From Rhodobacterales bacterium (GTDB lineage: Bacteria > Pseudomonadota > Alphaproteobacteria > Rhodobacterales > Rhodobacteraceae), in assembly GCA_031406135.1 (NCBI GenBank), contig JANOGU010000239.1, positions 1 to 45,032 on the forward strand: a DNA stretch of 45,032 bases. Direction: 5' to 3'. The translations under genes and the position numbers were made by a program. The notes beneath the pieces were generated by a model that worked only from the letters and a program-made list of their open reading frames with translations, was not told where the DNA came from and did not search any database. Positions 9,050 through 18,600 of this stretch are shown in pieces (position 1 is the stretch's first letter; each line of letters starts with the position of its first letter).

Positions 9050-9984
9050 CCCTGCCGTTGGACATCCTGCCCGAAGTCGCCGCCGCCCTGCGCGACGGCC
9101 AGCCGGTGGTGGCGCTGGAATCGACCATCATCACCCATGGCATGCCCTGGCCGCAGAACGTGGAGACGGCGCGCGCGGTGGAGGCCGAGGTGCGGGCCGG
9201 CGGCGCCATCCCGGCGACCGTCGCCGTGATCGGCGGCGCGATCCGCATCGGGCTGGACGACGCGGCGCTGGCGGCACTGGGGCGGTCGCCGGACGCGATG
9301 AAGCTGTCGCGCGCCGATCTGGCGGCCTGCCTGGCGCAGGGCCGCACCGGGGCGACGACGGTCGCCGCCACGATGATCTGCGCCCGGCTGGCCGGGATCG
9401 AGGTCTTTGCCACCGGCGGCATCGGCGGGGTGCATCGGGGGGCGGAGGCGAGCTTCGACATTTCCGCCGACCTGCGCGAGCTGTCGGCCACGGCGGTCAC
9501 CGTGGTCGCCGCCGGGGCCAAGGCGATTCTCGACCTGCCAAAGACGCTGGAGGTGCTGGAGACCCTTGGGGTGCCGGTCATCGCCTATGGGCAGGACGAG
9601 GTTCCGGCCTTCTGGAGCCGGTCCTCGGGGCTGGCGGCGCCGCTGCGGATGGACAGCCCCGCCGGGATCGCCGCGGCGCATGTGATGCGCGGGCGGCTGG
9701 GGCTGCCGGGAGGGCAGCTGGTCGCGAACCCGATCCCCGCCGCGGACGAGATTGCGCGCGAGGAGATCGCGCCGGTCATCGAGGCCGCGCTGGCCGAGGC
9801 CGCGGCGCAGGGCATCGCGGGCAAGATGGTGACGCCGTTTCTGCTCGACGCGGTGTTCCGCGCCACCGCCGGGCGGTCGCTCGTCGCCAACATGGCGCTG
9901 GTGCGGGCGAACGCCCGGCTGGGCGCCGCCATCGCGGACGAGATCGCCGCCTTGCGGCGCCTGCCGTCACGGCCGGCATTGTGA
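9046..9984 (+). CDS. psuG: Pseudouridine-5'-phosphate glycosidase
   Basis: 312 aa. VVALESTIITHGMPWPQNVETA and VFATGGIGGVHRGAE...DISADL are characteristic of the PsuG/IndA family. Confidence 0.9.
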   Translation: MTLPLDILPEVAAALRDGQPVVALESTIITHGMPWPQNVETARAVEAEVRAGGAIPATVAVIGGAIRIGLDDAALAALGRSPDAMKLSRADLAACLAQGRTGATTVAATMICARLAGIEVFATGGIGGVHRGAEASFDISADLRELSATAVTVVAAGAKAILDLPKTLEVLETLGVPVIAYGQDEVPAFWSRSSGLAAPLRMDSPAGIAAAHVMRGRLGLPGGQLVANPIPAADEIAREEIAPVIEAALAEAAAQGIAGKMVTPFLLDAVFRATAGRSLVANMALVRANARLGAAIADEIAALRRLPSRPAL

Positions 9985-10031
9985 ACCGGCCCTGCCATCC
10001 TTAAGTTCGCGCCGATGCCCGCCGGAGCCGC

Positions 10032-10730
10032 ATGACCGACCCCGTCCCCCACCCTCGTCGATCCATGTTCGCGAGCCTTCGCGGCGCGTTCCTGACCGGG
10101 CTCGTCGTCGTCCTGCCGGTGGGGCTGACCATCTATGTTGTCTGGGCGGTGATCGGCTGGATTGACGGCTGGATCCTGCCGCTGATCCCGGCCGCCTATC
10201 AGCCCGAGGCGCTGATGCAGCGCTGGTTCGGGCCGGAGGCGAATTTCCCGGTCCGCGGCATGGGGGTGCTGGCCTTCCTGATGGTCACCACGCTGGTCGG
10301 CTGGCTGGCACGGGGGCTGATCGGCCGGACGGTAATGCGGCGGGCGGAAAACTTTGTCTCCCGCGTGCCGCTGGTCCGCTCGGTCTACTCCGGGTTCAAG
10401 CAGATCACCGAAACCTTTTTTGCCAACAACGAGCGCAGCTTCGACCGCACCTGCCTGATCGAGTTCCCGCGCGCCGGCTACTGGGCGGTGGGGATGGTCG
10501 CGACCCGCCCCAAGGGCGAGATCGCGGCCAAGCTGCCATCGCCCGAAGGCATGGTGGCGGTGTTCGTGGGGCTGACGCCTTTGACATCGGGATTTCTCGT
10601 CTTCGTGCCGGAAAAGGAGATCATCCTGCTGGACCTCAAGACCGACGAGGTGGTGAAGCTGATCGTCTCGGCCGGCCTCGTATATCCGGCAAGCCGGGAC
10701 CAGGTGCAGACGGCGGTCCAAGGGAAGTAG
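10032..10730 (+). CDS. DUF502-family membrane protein
   Basis: 232 aa. FLTGLVVVLPVGLTIYVVW, two N-terminal TM helices and the RVPLVRSVYSGFKQI motif are typical of DUF502. Confidence 0.75.
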   Translation: MTDPVPHPRRSMFASLRGAFLTGLVVVLPVGLTIYVVWAVIGWIDGWILPLIPAAYQPEALMQRWFGPEANFPVRGMGVLAFLMVTTLVGWLARGLIGRTVMRRAENFVSRVPLVRSVYSGFKQITETFFANNERSFDRTCLIEFPRAGYWAVGMVATRPKGEIAAKLPSPEGMVAVFVGLTPLTSGFLVFVPEKEIILLDLKTDEVVKLIVSAGLVYPASRDQVQTAVQGK

Positions 10731-10760
10731 GGCGTTGCGCCAGGGGCGCGGCGCCGGCCG

Positions 10761-11531
10761 TCAGAGCGCGGTCCAGCCGCCGTCCACGCTGATCGTGGTG
10801 CCCGTCACCTGATCGGCCGCGGGCGAGCAGAGGAAAGCGACCGTGCCCCCGATCTGGTCCACCGTGGCGAACTGGCGCGAGGGCTGGCGCAGCAGCATCA
10901 CGTCGCGGATCACCGTCTCGCGGTCCATGCCGTGGACCTTCATCTGGTCGGGAATCTGCGCCTCCACGAGCGGCGTCAGGACATATCCGGGGCAGATCGC
11001 GTTGCAGGTGATCCCCTGCCCCGCCGTCTCCAGCGCCACCGTCTTCGACAGGCCGACGAGCCCGTGCTTGGCGGCGATGTAGGCGGACTTGTAGGGCGAG
11101 GCGGTCAGGCCGTGGGCCGAGGCGATGTTGACCACGCGGCCCCAGCCCTTCGCCTTCATCCCCGGCAGGGCCGCGGCGGTGGTGTGGAAGGCGGAGGACA
11201 GGTTGATCGCGAGGATCGCGTTCCATTTCTCGGGCGGGAAGTCCTCGATCGGGCTGACGAACTGGATGCCGGCGTTGTTGACGAGGATGTCGCAGCCGCC
11301 GGCCTGCGCGACAAGCGCGCGACACTCCGCGCCCATCCCCATGTCGGCCTGAATGTAGCGCACTGGCACGCCGTGCCGGGCGGAGAGGCTGGCGGCCAGC
11401 GCATGGTCGGCTTCGGTGTCGGTGAAACTGTTCAGGACGACCTCGGCGCCCTGCGATGCCAGGGCCTCGGCGATGCCGAGGCCGATGCCGGAGGTCGATC
11501 CGGTGACGATGGCGCGTTTTTCGTGAAGCAT
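10761..11531 (-). CDS. bdhA: 3-hydroxybutyrate dehydrogenase (short-chain dehydrogenase/reductase)
   Basis: 256 aa. TGSTSGIGLGIA cofactor motif, NNAGIQ, and catalytic S...YxxxK (SPYKSAYIAAKHG). Overall very similar to the BdhA proteins I recall. SD GGAGGGGGA lies upstream. Confidence 0.85.
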   Translation of the reverse strand: MLHEKRAIVTGSTSGIGLGIAEALASQGAEVVLNSFTDTEADHALAASLSARHGVPVRYIQADMGMGAECRALVAQAGGCDILVNNAGIQFVSPIEDFPPEKWNAILAINLSSAFHTTAAALPGMKAKGWGRVVNIASAHGLTASPYKSAYIAAKHGLVGLSKTVALETAGQGITCNAICPGYVLTPLVEAQIPDQMKVHGMDRETVIRDVMLLRQPSRQFATVDQIGGTVAFLCSPAADQVTGTTISVDGGWTAL

Positions 11532-11598
11532 GGTCCCCCTCCGTCTGTCGCCGGGAGCCTGCCATGCCGCAGCTGCGAGGGAAACGGCCGCAACGCAG

Positions 11599-11625
11599 AA
11601 AAAAACGCCGGCCAGAGGCCGGCGT
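11599..11625 (-). terminator. Intrinsic terminator (minus strand): ACGCCGGCC-UCU-GGCCGGCGU followed by U7
   Basis: 9-bp GC stem with a 3-nt loop, followed by seven T on the minus strand. This is the only textbook rho-independent terminator seen in the window. Confidence 0.65.
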
Positions 11626-11673
11626 CAAGTCATTGAGGCAGGTTTCATACAGGCAAGAAACCTATCGAGCAGT
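11599..11673 (-). ncRNA. Candidate ~75-nt sRNA, or terminator-type leader of bdhA
   Basis: Bounded by a sigma70-like promoter (11680..11708) and the U7 terminator. It contains a 7-bp stem AGGUUUC/GAAACCU (11640..11663) and a single-stranded GCCUCAAUGACUUGA stretch. The 5' end is only predicted. Confidence 0.35.
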
Positions 11674-11679
11674 GCCATC

Positions 11680-11708
11680 TTTATACGCGCCTTGTTGCGC
11701 AGGGCCAA
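11680..11708 (-). promoter_or_regulatory. Sigma70-like promoter (TTGGCC - 17 nt - TATAAA) on the minus strand
   Basis: The -35 is at 11708..11703 and the -10 at 11685..11680, with an exact 17-nt spacer, in a locally AT-richer intergenic stretch. Confidence 0.35.
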
Positions 11709-11786
11709 GCCAAAAGTTTGAAATGGCTGGGCTTCGGGCCTAGGCTGGCGGCGTGCGGCCGGGTCGGCAACAGGAGTGAGGCAGGG

Positions 11787-13598
11787 ATGACACAGGTGAA
11801 TGCAACCCTCGATTGGGCTGCGCGGGCGCTGGTCCTTTGGGTGGCGTTGGCCGGAGGGGCGGCGGCGGAGACGGCGCACGGCATAGCTATGTATGGCGAC
11901 CCCGCATTGCCACCGGATTTTGTGTCCCTGCCCTACGCCAACCCGGACGCGCCCAAGGGCGGAGAGATCCGGTTCGGCGAATCGGGCAGCTTCGATTCGC
12001 TCAACCCCTTCATCGTGAAGGGACGCGCGCCCGCGGGTCTGTCGGCGCTGACGGTGGAGACACTTCTGGGGCGGTCCTACGACGAGCCCTTCGCGCTGTA
12101 CGGCCTTCTGGCCGAATCGGTCGAGACCGATGCCGAGCGGACTTTCGTGGAATTCACGCTGCGCGAGGGCGCGACCTTCTCGGACGGCACGCCGGTGACA
12201 GTCGATGACGTGCTTTGGTCGATGGAGGTGCTCGGGACGCTGGGGTCGCCGCGCTACCACACCGCCTGGAAGAAGATCGCCAGGGCCGAGAAGGTGGGCG
12301 CGCGCGGGGTGCGGTTCACGTTCAATGCCGTGGACCGCGAACTGCCGCTGATCCTCGGCCTGCGCCCGATCCTGAAGCGCGCGCAGTGGGAGGGGAAGGT
12401 CTTCGACGAGTCCTCGCTCGAAGCACCCATCGGTTCCGGACCCTATGTCGTTGACGGTTTCGAGCCCGGCAGGTTCATCGTCTACCGCAAGAACGCTGAC
12501 TGGTGGGGGGCGGAACTGCCGTTCAACCGCGGCCTGCACAACTTCGACGTCGTGCGCTACGACTATTTCGGCGACGGCGGCGTGGTGTTCGAGGCGTTCA
12601 AGGCCGGCGAGGTCACGACCTTTCGCGAAGGCAACGCGGCGAAGTGGGACACCGCCTACGACTTCCCGGCGGTGGCCTCGGGCGAGGTGGTGAGGTCGGA
12701 GATACCGCACCAGCGGCCTTCAGGGATCGAGGGCCTGGTGATGAACACGCGCCGGCCGCTGTTTGCCGACTGGCGGGTGCGGCAGGCGATGATCGAGGCC
12801 TTCAACTTCGAGCAGATCAACCGCACCGTGACCGGCGGCCAGCAACCGCGCATCTGTTCCTACTTCTGCAACTCGACCCTCGGCATGACGCCGGGAAGTG
12901 CTGCGGAGGGAGCGGAGCTGGCCCTTTTGGAGCCGTTCCGCGCCGATCTGCTGCCCGGCAGCATTGAAGGTTACGCCTTGCCGGTGGCGGCGGACGAGAC
13001 CAACCGCAAGGGCATCCGCGCGGCGACCGCGCTGTTGGAGGAGGCCGGATGGACCTTGCAGGAGGGCGTGCTGAAGAACGTCGCAGGCGAGCCCTTCGCG
13101 TTCGAGATCCTGCTGCAGAACGGTCAGGACGACATGATCGCGGTGGCCAACATCTACATCGAGGCACTGAAACGGCTGGGGATGGAGGTCCGCATCGCCA
13201 CGGTCGACAGCGCGCAGTACAACGAACGCACCAACGCCTACGACTTCGACATGACGCATTACGTCCGCTCGCTGTCGCTCAGCCCCGGCAACGAACAGAC
13301 GCTCTACTGGGGTTCGGGTGGCGTGACCGAACCCGGCACGCGCAACTGGATGGGCATGGCTTCGCCCGCAGCCGAGGCGATGATCGCGACGCTGCTGTCC
13401 ACCACCGACCCGGCTGCGTTCGAGGCGGCGGTGCGGGCGCTCGACCGGGTGCTGACCTCGGGGCGCTACGTGATCCCGATCTGGTATGCGGAAAAGGCAA
13501 GGATCGCGCATCGTGCGGCATTGAAGTTCCCCGAGCGATTGCCGATCTATGGCGACTGGATCGGGTTCCAACCCGATGTCTGGTGGGTTCAGGAATGA
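11787..13598 (+). CDS. ABC-transporter substrate-binding protein, family 5 (YejA/oligopeptide-like)
   Basis: ATG at 11787 after AGGAGTGAGG. Signal peptide ALVLWVALAGGAAAETAHG. 603 aa. HGIAMYGDPALPPDF...YANPDAPKGG resembles YejA-type SBPs. No permease or ATPase genes are adjacent. Confidence 0.75.
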   Translation: MTQVNATLDWAARALVLWVALAGGAAAETAHGIAMYGDPALPPDFVSLPYANPDAPKGGEIRFGESGSFDSLNPFIVKGRAPAGLSALTVETLLGRSYDEPFALYGLLAESVETDAERTFVEFTLREGATFSDGTPVTVDDVLWSMEVLGTLGSPRYHTAWKKIARAEKVGARGVRFTFNAVDRELPLILGLRPILKRAQWEGKVFDESSLEAPIGSGPYVVDGFEPGRFIVYRKNADWWGAELPFNRGLHNFDVVRYDYFGDGGVVFEAFKAGEVTTFREGNAAKWDTAYDFPAVASGEVVRSEIPHQRPSGIEGLVMNTRRPLFADWRVRQAMIEAFNFEQINRTVTGGQQPRICSYFCNSTLGMTPGSAAEGAELALLEPFRADLLPGSIEGYALPVAADETNRKGIRAATALLEEAGWTLQEGVLKNVAGEPFAFEILLQNGQDDMIAVANIYIEALKRLGMEVRIATVDSAQYNERTNAYDFDMTHYVRSLSLSPGNEQTLYWGSGGVTEPGTRNWMGMASPAAEAMIATLLSTTDPAAFEAAVRALDRVLTSGRYVIPIWYAEKARIAHRAALKFPERLPIYGDWIGFQPDVWWVQE

Positions 13599-13606
13599 GG
13601 ACCGGC

Positions 13607-13717
13607 ATGCGCAGATGGATTCTGGCGGCGGCGCTGGCGCTGGCTGGCTGCAACACGATCGCCGGCGTGGGTGAGGACATCTCCTCCGGCGCGCGGACGG
13701 TGCAGCGCACCTTCTGA
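13607..13717 (+). CDS. Entericidin A/B-family small lipoprotein
   Basis: MRRWILAAALALAGCNTIAGVGEDISSGARTVQRTF has the lipobox LAGC followed by NT(I/V)xGxGxDI, typical of entericidins. An alternative ATG at 13595 overlaps the SBP stop (ATGA). Confidence 0.7.
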   Translation: MRRWILAAALALAGCNTIAGVGEDISSGARTVQRTF

Positions 13718-13842
13718 CACGGCCCATCGACCGGCGCGCGGTGGCCGCGCTCCTGCTGGCCGGGCGTCCCTGAAGCCGGGGCGCAACGTCGCCGTCGCCG
13801 GGGTCGGCTGGCCGAGTCCGGGACCGCATGGTAAGCGGCCGC

Positions 13843-14487
13843 ATGGTCCGCCTCGACATCTTTTCCGACCCGGTCTGCCCCTGGTGCATGATCGGCAAGG
13901 CTAACCTCGACCGGGCGCTGGAAAGCCGTCCGGACCATCCTTTCGTCGTCGAATGGCATCCGTTCCGGCTGAACCCCGATATGCCGGCCGCCGGAACCGA
14001 CCGGCGAGAGTACCTGCTCGCGAAGTTCGGCGGCGCCGAACGGCTGGCCGCGGCCGAGGCGCGTGTCGAGGCGATGGCCACGGCGGCGGGGCTGGAGATC
14101 GACCTTGCCCGCGCCACGCGCAGCCCGCAGACGCTCGATGCACACCGGCTGATCCACTGGGCCGGGATCGAGCGGCGCCAGACCCCGGTGGTCGCTGCCC
14201 TTTTCCGCGCCTATTTCCGCGACGGACGGGACATCGGAGACCCGGCGGTTCTGGCCGATGTCGCGGCAGAGGCCGGGATGGACCGCGCTGCCGTGGCCCG
14301 GCTGCTCGCCTCGGACGCCGATGCCGAAGAGGTCGCCGCCCGCGATGCCGACGCGCGGGCCAAGGGGGTCCAGGCGGTCCCAACCTTTCTGATCGATAGC
14401 CGCTATGTGGTCTCCGGCGCGCAACCCGTGGCGATGTGGCAGGGCGTGATCGACGAGATCGCGGGACTGGCGAAGGCCGCGCCGTGA
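13843..14487 (+). CDS. DsbA-family (FrnE-like) thiol oxidoreductase
   Basis: MVRLDIFSDPVCPWCMIGK carries the CPWC active site. 214 aa from the ATG at 13843. An alternative ATG lies at 13828. Confidence 0.8.
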   Translation: MVRLDIFSDPVCPWCMIGKANLDRALESRPDHPFVVEWHPFRLNPDMPAAGTDRREYLLAKFGGAERLAAAEARVEAMATAAGLEIDLARATRSPQTLDAHRLIHWAGIERRQTPVVAALFRAYFRDGRDIGDPAVLADVAAEAGMDRAAVARLLASDADAEEVAARDADARAKGVQAVPTFLIDSRYVVSGAQPVAMWQGVIDEIAGLAKAAP

Positions 14488-15692
14488 CCTTCGCTACCCT
14501 TCCCGCCACCGCCGCCCCGCGTCCGGCCTTCATCGCGCTGATGGCTTCGCTCTTTGCCACCATCGCCTTTGCCATCGACGCGATGCTGCCGGCGATGCCG
14601 GCGATTGCCGCGGACCTGTCGCCCGGGGCGCCCAACGCGGCATCGCTGGTGCTGTCGTCCTTCGTGCTCGGCATGGGGTTGGGCACGTTTTTTGCGGGCC
14701 CGCTTTCGGACGCCATCGGCCGGCGGGCGACGATCCTGGGCGGGCTGGCGATCTTCGCGGCGGGCGCGGTCCTTGCGGCCTTCGCGCCGTCGATGGAAGT
14801 TCTGCTGCTGGCCCGGGTCCTGCAGGGCTTCGGCGCTGCCGGGCCGCGGGTGGCCTCCATGGCGCTGGTGCGTGATCTCTATGCCGGGCCGCGGATGGCG
14901 CAGGTGGTGTCCTTTGCCATGATGGTCTTCATGATCGTCCCGGCCGCCGCCCCTGCGGTTGGGCAGGCGATCCTGCATCTGGCCGACTGGCGCGCGATCT
15001 TCTGGGCCTTCCTGGCCTTTGCCGCGGTGATCGGCACCTGGTTCTGGGCCGTGCAGCCCGAGACCCTGCCACCCGCCTCCCGCCGTCCGCTGCGCGCCGG
15101 TCCGCTGTGAGAAGGGGTGCGGGAGGTGCTCGGCAGCCGGCGGGTGCTGGCCTCGGTCTTCGTGCAGTCGATGGTCTTCGGCGCGTTGTTCGGCACGCTG
15201 TCCTCGGTCCAGCCGGTATTCGCTGCCTTCGGCAAGGCCGAAACATTTCCGGCCTGGTTCGCCGGGATCGCGCTGGTCTCGGCCGGGGCGAGCCTGACCA
15301 ACGCGCTTCTGGTGCGGCGGCTCGGCATGTACCGTCTGGTGCGCGCCACGCTGATCGCTGTCTGCGCCGCCAGCACGGTCATGGCGGCGGTGACGCTGGG
15401 CGACCTGTTGCCGGAGAACCTGCGCTTCGGGGGATTCTTCCTCTGGGCGGTCACGGTGTTCGCCATGGCCTCGCTGACCATCGGTAACCTGAATGCGATC
15501 ACGCTGGAGCCATTGGGCCATATCGCCGGGCTGGCGTCCTCGGTGGTGCTGGCGCTGCCGACGGTGGCAGCGGCGGCGATCGCCTCGGCCCTGGGGCTGG
15601 CCTTCGACGGCACCCCCGGTCCGCTGGCCGCCGGGATCGCGGTGGGCCTCGCGGCGGCGCTGGTCACGCTTCCGTGGGCGCGCCAGGCCTGA
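14484..15692 (+). pseudogene. Bcr/CflA-type MFS efflux transporter interrupted by an in-frame TGA (15108..15110)
   Basis: ORFs 14436..15110 and 15117..15692 are in the same frame, separated by one TGA plus two codons. Together they read as a 12-TM MFS (GPLSDAIGRR motif in the N-half). The probable start is GTG 14484, overlapping the dsbA-like stop (GTGA). Confidence 0.7.
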
Positions 15693-18600
15693 GCAGCGCC
15701 GCAAGGTCGCGGGCGATGGCGAAGGCGCCCTTGATGCGGTCGGCCTCGGTCCGCCAATCCGCCGCGAAGACGAGCTTCGGGCCGGTGACGCGCACCCCCT
15801 GCCCCTGCGCCCCGATCCAGCGGATCAGCGCCGGCGGGTCGGCGAAGATGTTCTGGTGGAACTGCACCGTCGCGCCCTTCGGTCCTGCGTCCAGCCGGGC
15901 GATCCCCGCGCGCCGGCACATCGCCTTGATCCGCATGACGAGCAGCAGCGTGTTGACCTCCCGCGGCAGCTTGCCGAAGCGGTCGATCAGCTCGGCGGCG
16001 AAGCCTTCCAGCTCCACCTTGGTCGCAAGGCCGGTCAGGCGCCGGTACAGGCCGAGGCGCAGATCGAGGTCGGGGACATAGACCTCCGGGATCAGCACCG
16101 GCACGCCGAGGTTGAGCACCGGGGCCCAGGCGTCTTCGGCCTCGGCCCCCTCGGCGGTCTGGCCGGCGCGCAGTCGGGCGATCGTCTCCTCCAGCATCTG
16201 CTGGTACAGCTCGTAGCCAACCTCGCGGATGTGCCCGGACTGTTCCTCGCCAAGCAGGTTTCCAGCGCCGCGCGCGTCGAGGTCGTGCGAGGCGAGGTTG
16301 AAGCCGGCGCCCAGCGTGTCGAGCGAGGCCAACGTCTTCAGCCGCCGCTCCGCCTGCGGCGTGAGCGGCGTGCGCGGCCGCGTGGTCAGGTAGCAGAAGG
16401 CGCGGGCCTTGGACCGGCCGACCCGGCCGCGCAACTGATAGAGCTGCGCCAGCCCGAACATGTCGGCGCGGTGGATCACCATGGTGTTGGCGGTCGGGAT
16501 GTCGAGGCCCGATTCGATGATCGTGGTGGCCAGCAGGACCTCGCCCTTGCCGTCGTAGAAATCGTTCATCCGCTGGTCGAGATCGCCCGCAGCCAGTTGC
16601 CCGTGGGCGACGATGAAGGACACTTCGGGCACCTCGCGGCGCAGGAACTCCTCGATCTCCGGCAGGTCGACGATGCGCGGGACGACGAAAAAGGACTGCC
16701 CGCCGCGCGCGCGTTCGCGCATCAGCGCTTCGCGGACCGTGATCGTGTCGAACTCGCTGACGTAGCTGCGGATGGCCAGGCGGTCCACCGGCGGGGTGGC
16801 GATGATGGAGAGGTCGCGCACACCGGTGAGGCTAAGCTGCAACGTCCGCGGGATCGGCGTGGCCGAGAGCGTCAGCACATGCACCTCGGCCCGCATCTCC
16901 TTCAACCGCTCTTTGTGGGCGACGCCGAAGTGCTGCTCCTCGTCGATGACCAGGAGGCCGAGCTCCCCGAAGGCGATGCCCTTGGCCAGGAGCGCATGGG
17001 TGCCGATGCAGATGTCCACGGACCCGTCGGCAAGGCCCGCGCGCGTCGCGGCCGCCTCCTTCGCGCCGACAAAGCGCGACAGCGGACGCACGGTGATCGG
17101 AAAGCCGCGGAAGCGGTCGGCGAAGGTGCGATAGTGCTGCCGGGCCAGCAGCGTGGTGGGGCAGACCACGGCGACCTGCCGTCCGGAGAGTGCCGCGGCG
17201 AAGGCCGCGCGCATCGCCACCTCGGTCTTGCCAAAGCCGACGTCGCCGACGATCAGTCGGTCCATCGGCGCGCCCTTTTCCAGGTCGGCCATGACATCGG
17301 CGATGGCCGAGAGCTGGTCGTCCGTCTCCTGCCAGGGGAAGCGCGCGGCGAATTCCTCCCAGGCGCCGTGCGGTGTGTCGAAGACCGGCGCCTTGCGGGT
17401 GGCGCGTTCGGCGGCGATTTTCATCAGCCGGTCGGCGATGTCGCGGATGCGTTGCTTGAGCCGTGCCTTTTTCGCCTGCCAGGCTCCGCCGCCCAGGCGG
17501 TCCAACTCGCCCTCCTCCTGCCCGTAGCGCGACAGCAGATCGAGGTTCTCGACGGGCAGGTACAGCTTCGCGGTCTCCGCGTATTCCAGCGCCAGGCACT
17601 CGTGCGGCGCGCCCAGCGCGGTGATCGTCTCCAGCCCGCGGTAGCGGCCGAGCCCGTGCTCGACATGCACGACGAGGTCGCCGGGCTGGATCGTGTCGAG
17701 GTCGCGCAGGAAGTTCTCGGCCTTGCGCTTCCGCGGACGGGAAATCAGGCGTTCGCCGAGGACGTCCTGTTCGGAGATGACCGCGAGGCCGGGGGCGGTG
17801 AACCCGGCCTCCAGCGACCAGAGCGCGAGGAACAGGCCGCCACTGCCCTCCGGCGCGTCGCGGATGTCGCGAATGGGTCGGGCGCCATGGACGCCATGGT
17901 CGGTCAGGATGCCGGACAGCCGCTCGCGGGCGCCTTCGGACCAGGAGGCGAGAATGACCCTTGCGTCTTTGGACAGACTCTGAAGATGATCCGCCAGAGC
18001 ATTGAAAAGGTTCACATCCTCACGCTGTCTTTCTGGCGCGAAGCTACGTCCGGCCCGACCCCCGGCGTCAAGGATGCCGGGGCCAGGCGGCTGCGGCAGT
18101 GGCGAGAACTGGATCATGCGGCGGGACGCGGTCGCGGCCTCCCAGGCCGCGTCGTCGAGATACAGAAGCTGCGGCGGGCAGGGCTTGTAGACCGAATCGA
18201 TCCTGCCCCGCGACGCCATCGCCTCGACGCGGTTGCCATAGGCGTCCTGCACCGCCTGCCAGCGGGCGGTGCGGCGGGCGGGGATACCGTGGTCGAGCAT
18301 CACGGCGGCCCCGGGCAGGTAGTCGAAGACCGTGGCGAGGTCGTCGTGGAAGAAAGGCAGCCAATGCTCGTAGCCCTGATGCTTGCGCCCGGCGCTGACC
18401 GCCTCGTAAAGCGGATCGCCCGAGCCGCCTGCGCCGAACTCCAGCCGGTACGCCTGGCGGAATCGGGTGATCGAGGCGGGGTCCAGCATGACCTCGGACA
18501 CCGGGGCGAAATCGACCGAGGCGAGTTTCTCGGTGGTGCGCTGGGTCGCGGCATCGAAGCGGCGGATGCCGTCCAGCGTGTCGCCGAAGAAGTCGAGCCG

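Noticed and set aside
11549-11564. TGGCAG-N5-CGGCG (correct GG-N10-GC spacing) upstream of bdhA on the minus strand as a sigma54 promoter
   Set aside because: The -12 element is poor (CGGC versus TTGC). The implied start would leave almost no leader before the SD. No nearby enhancer-like repeats were seen. It is kept only as a note.
11625-11648. 7-codon mini-ORF MKPASMT inside the candidate sRNA as a leader peptide
   Set aside because: There is no Shine-Dalgarno sequence. The ATG sits in the predicted hairpin loop. The peptide has no regulatory-codon run, so it is more likely coincidental.
15108-15110. The in-frame TGA in the MFS gene as a selenocysteine codon
   Set aside because: The position is a poorly conserved cytoplasmic loop, not a redox site. 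I see no SECIS-like hairpin immediately downstream, and no sel genes are in the window. A nonsense mutation, a split gene or a sequencing error are simpler explanations.
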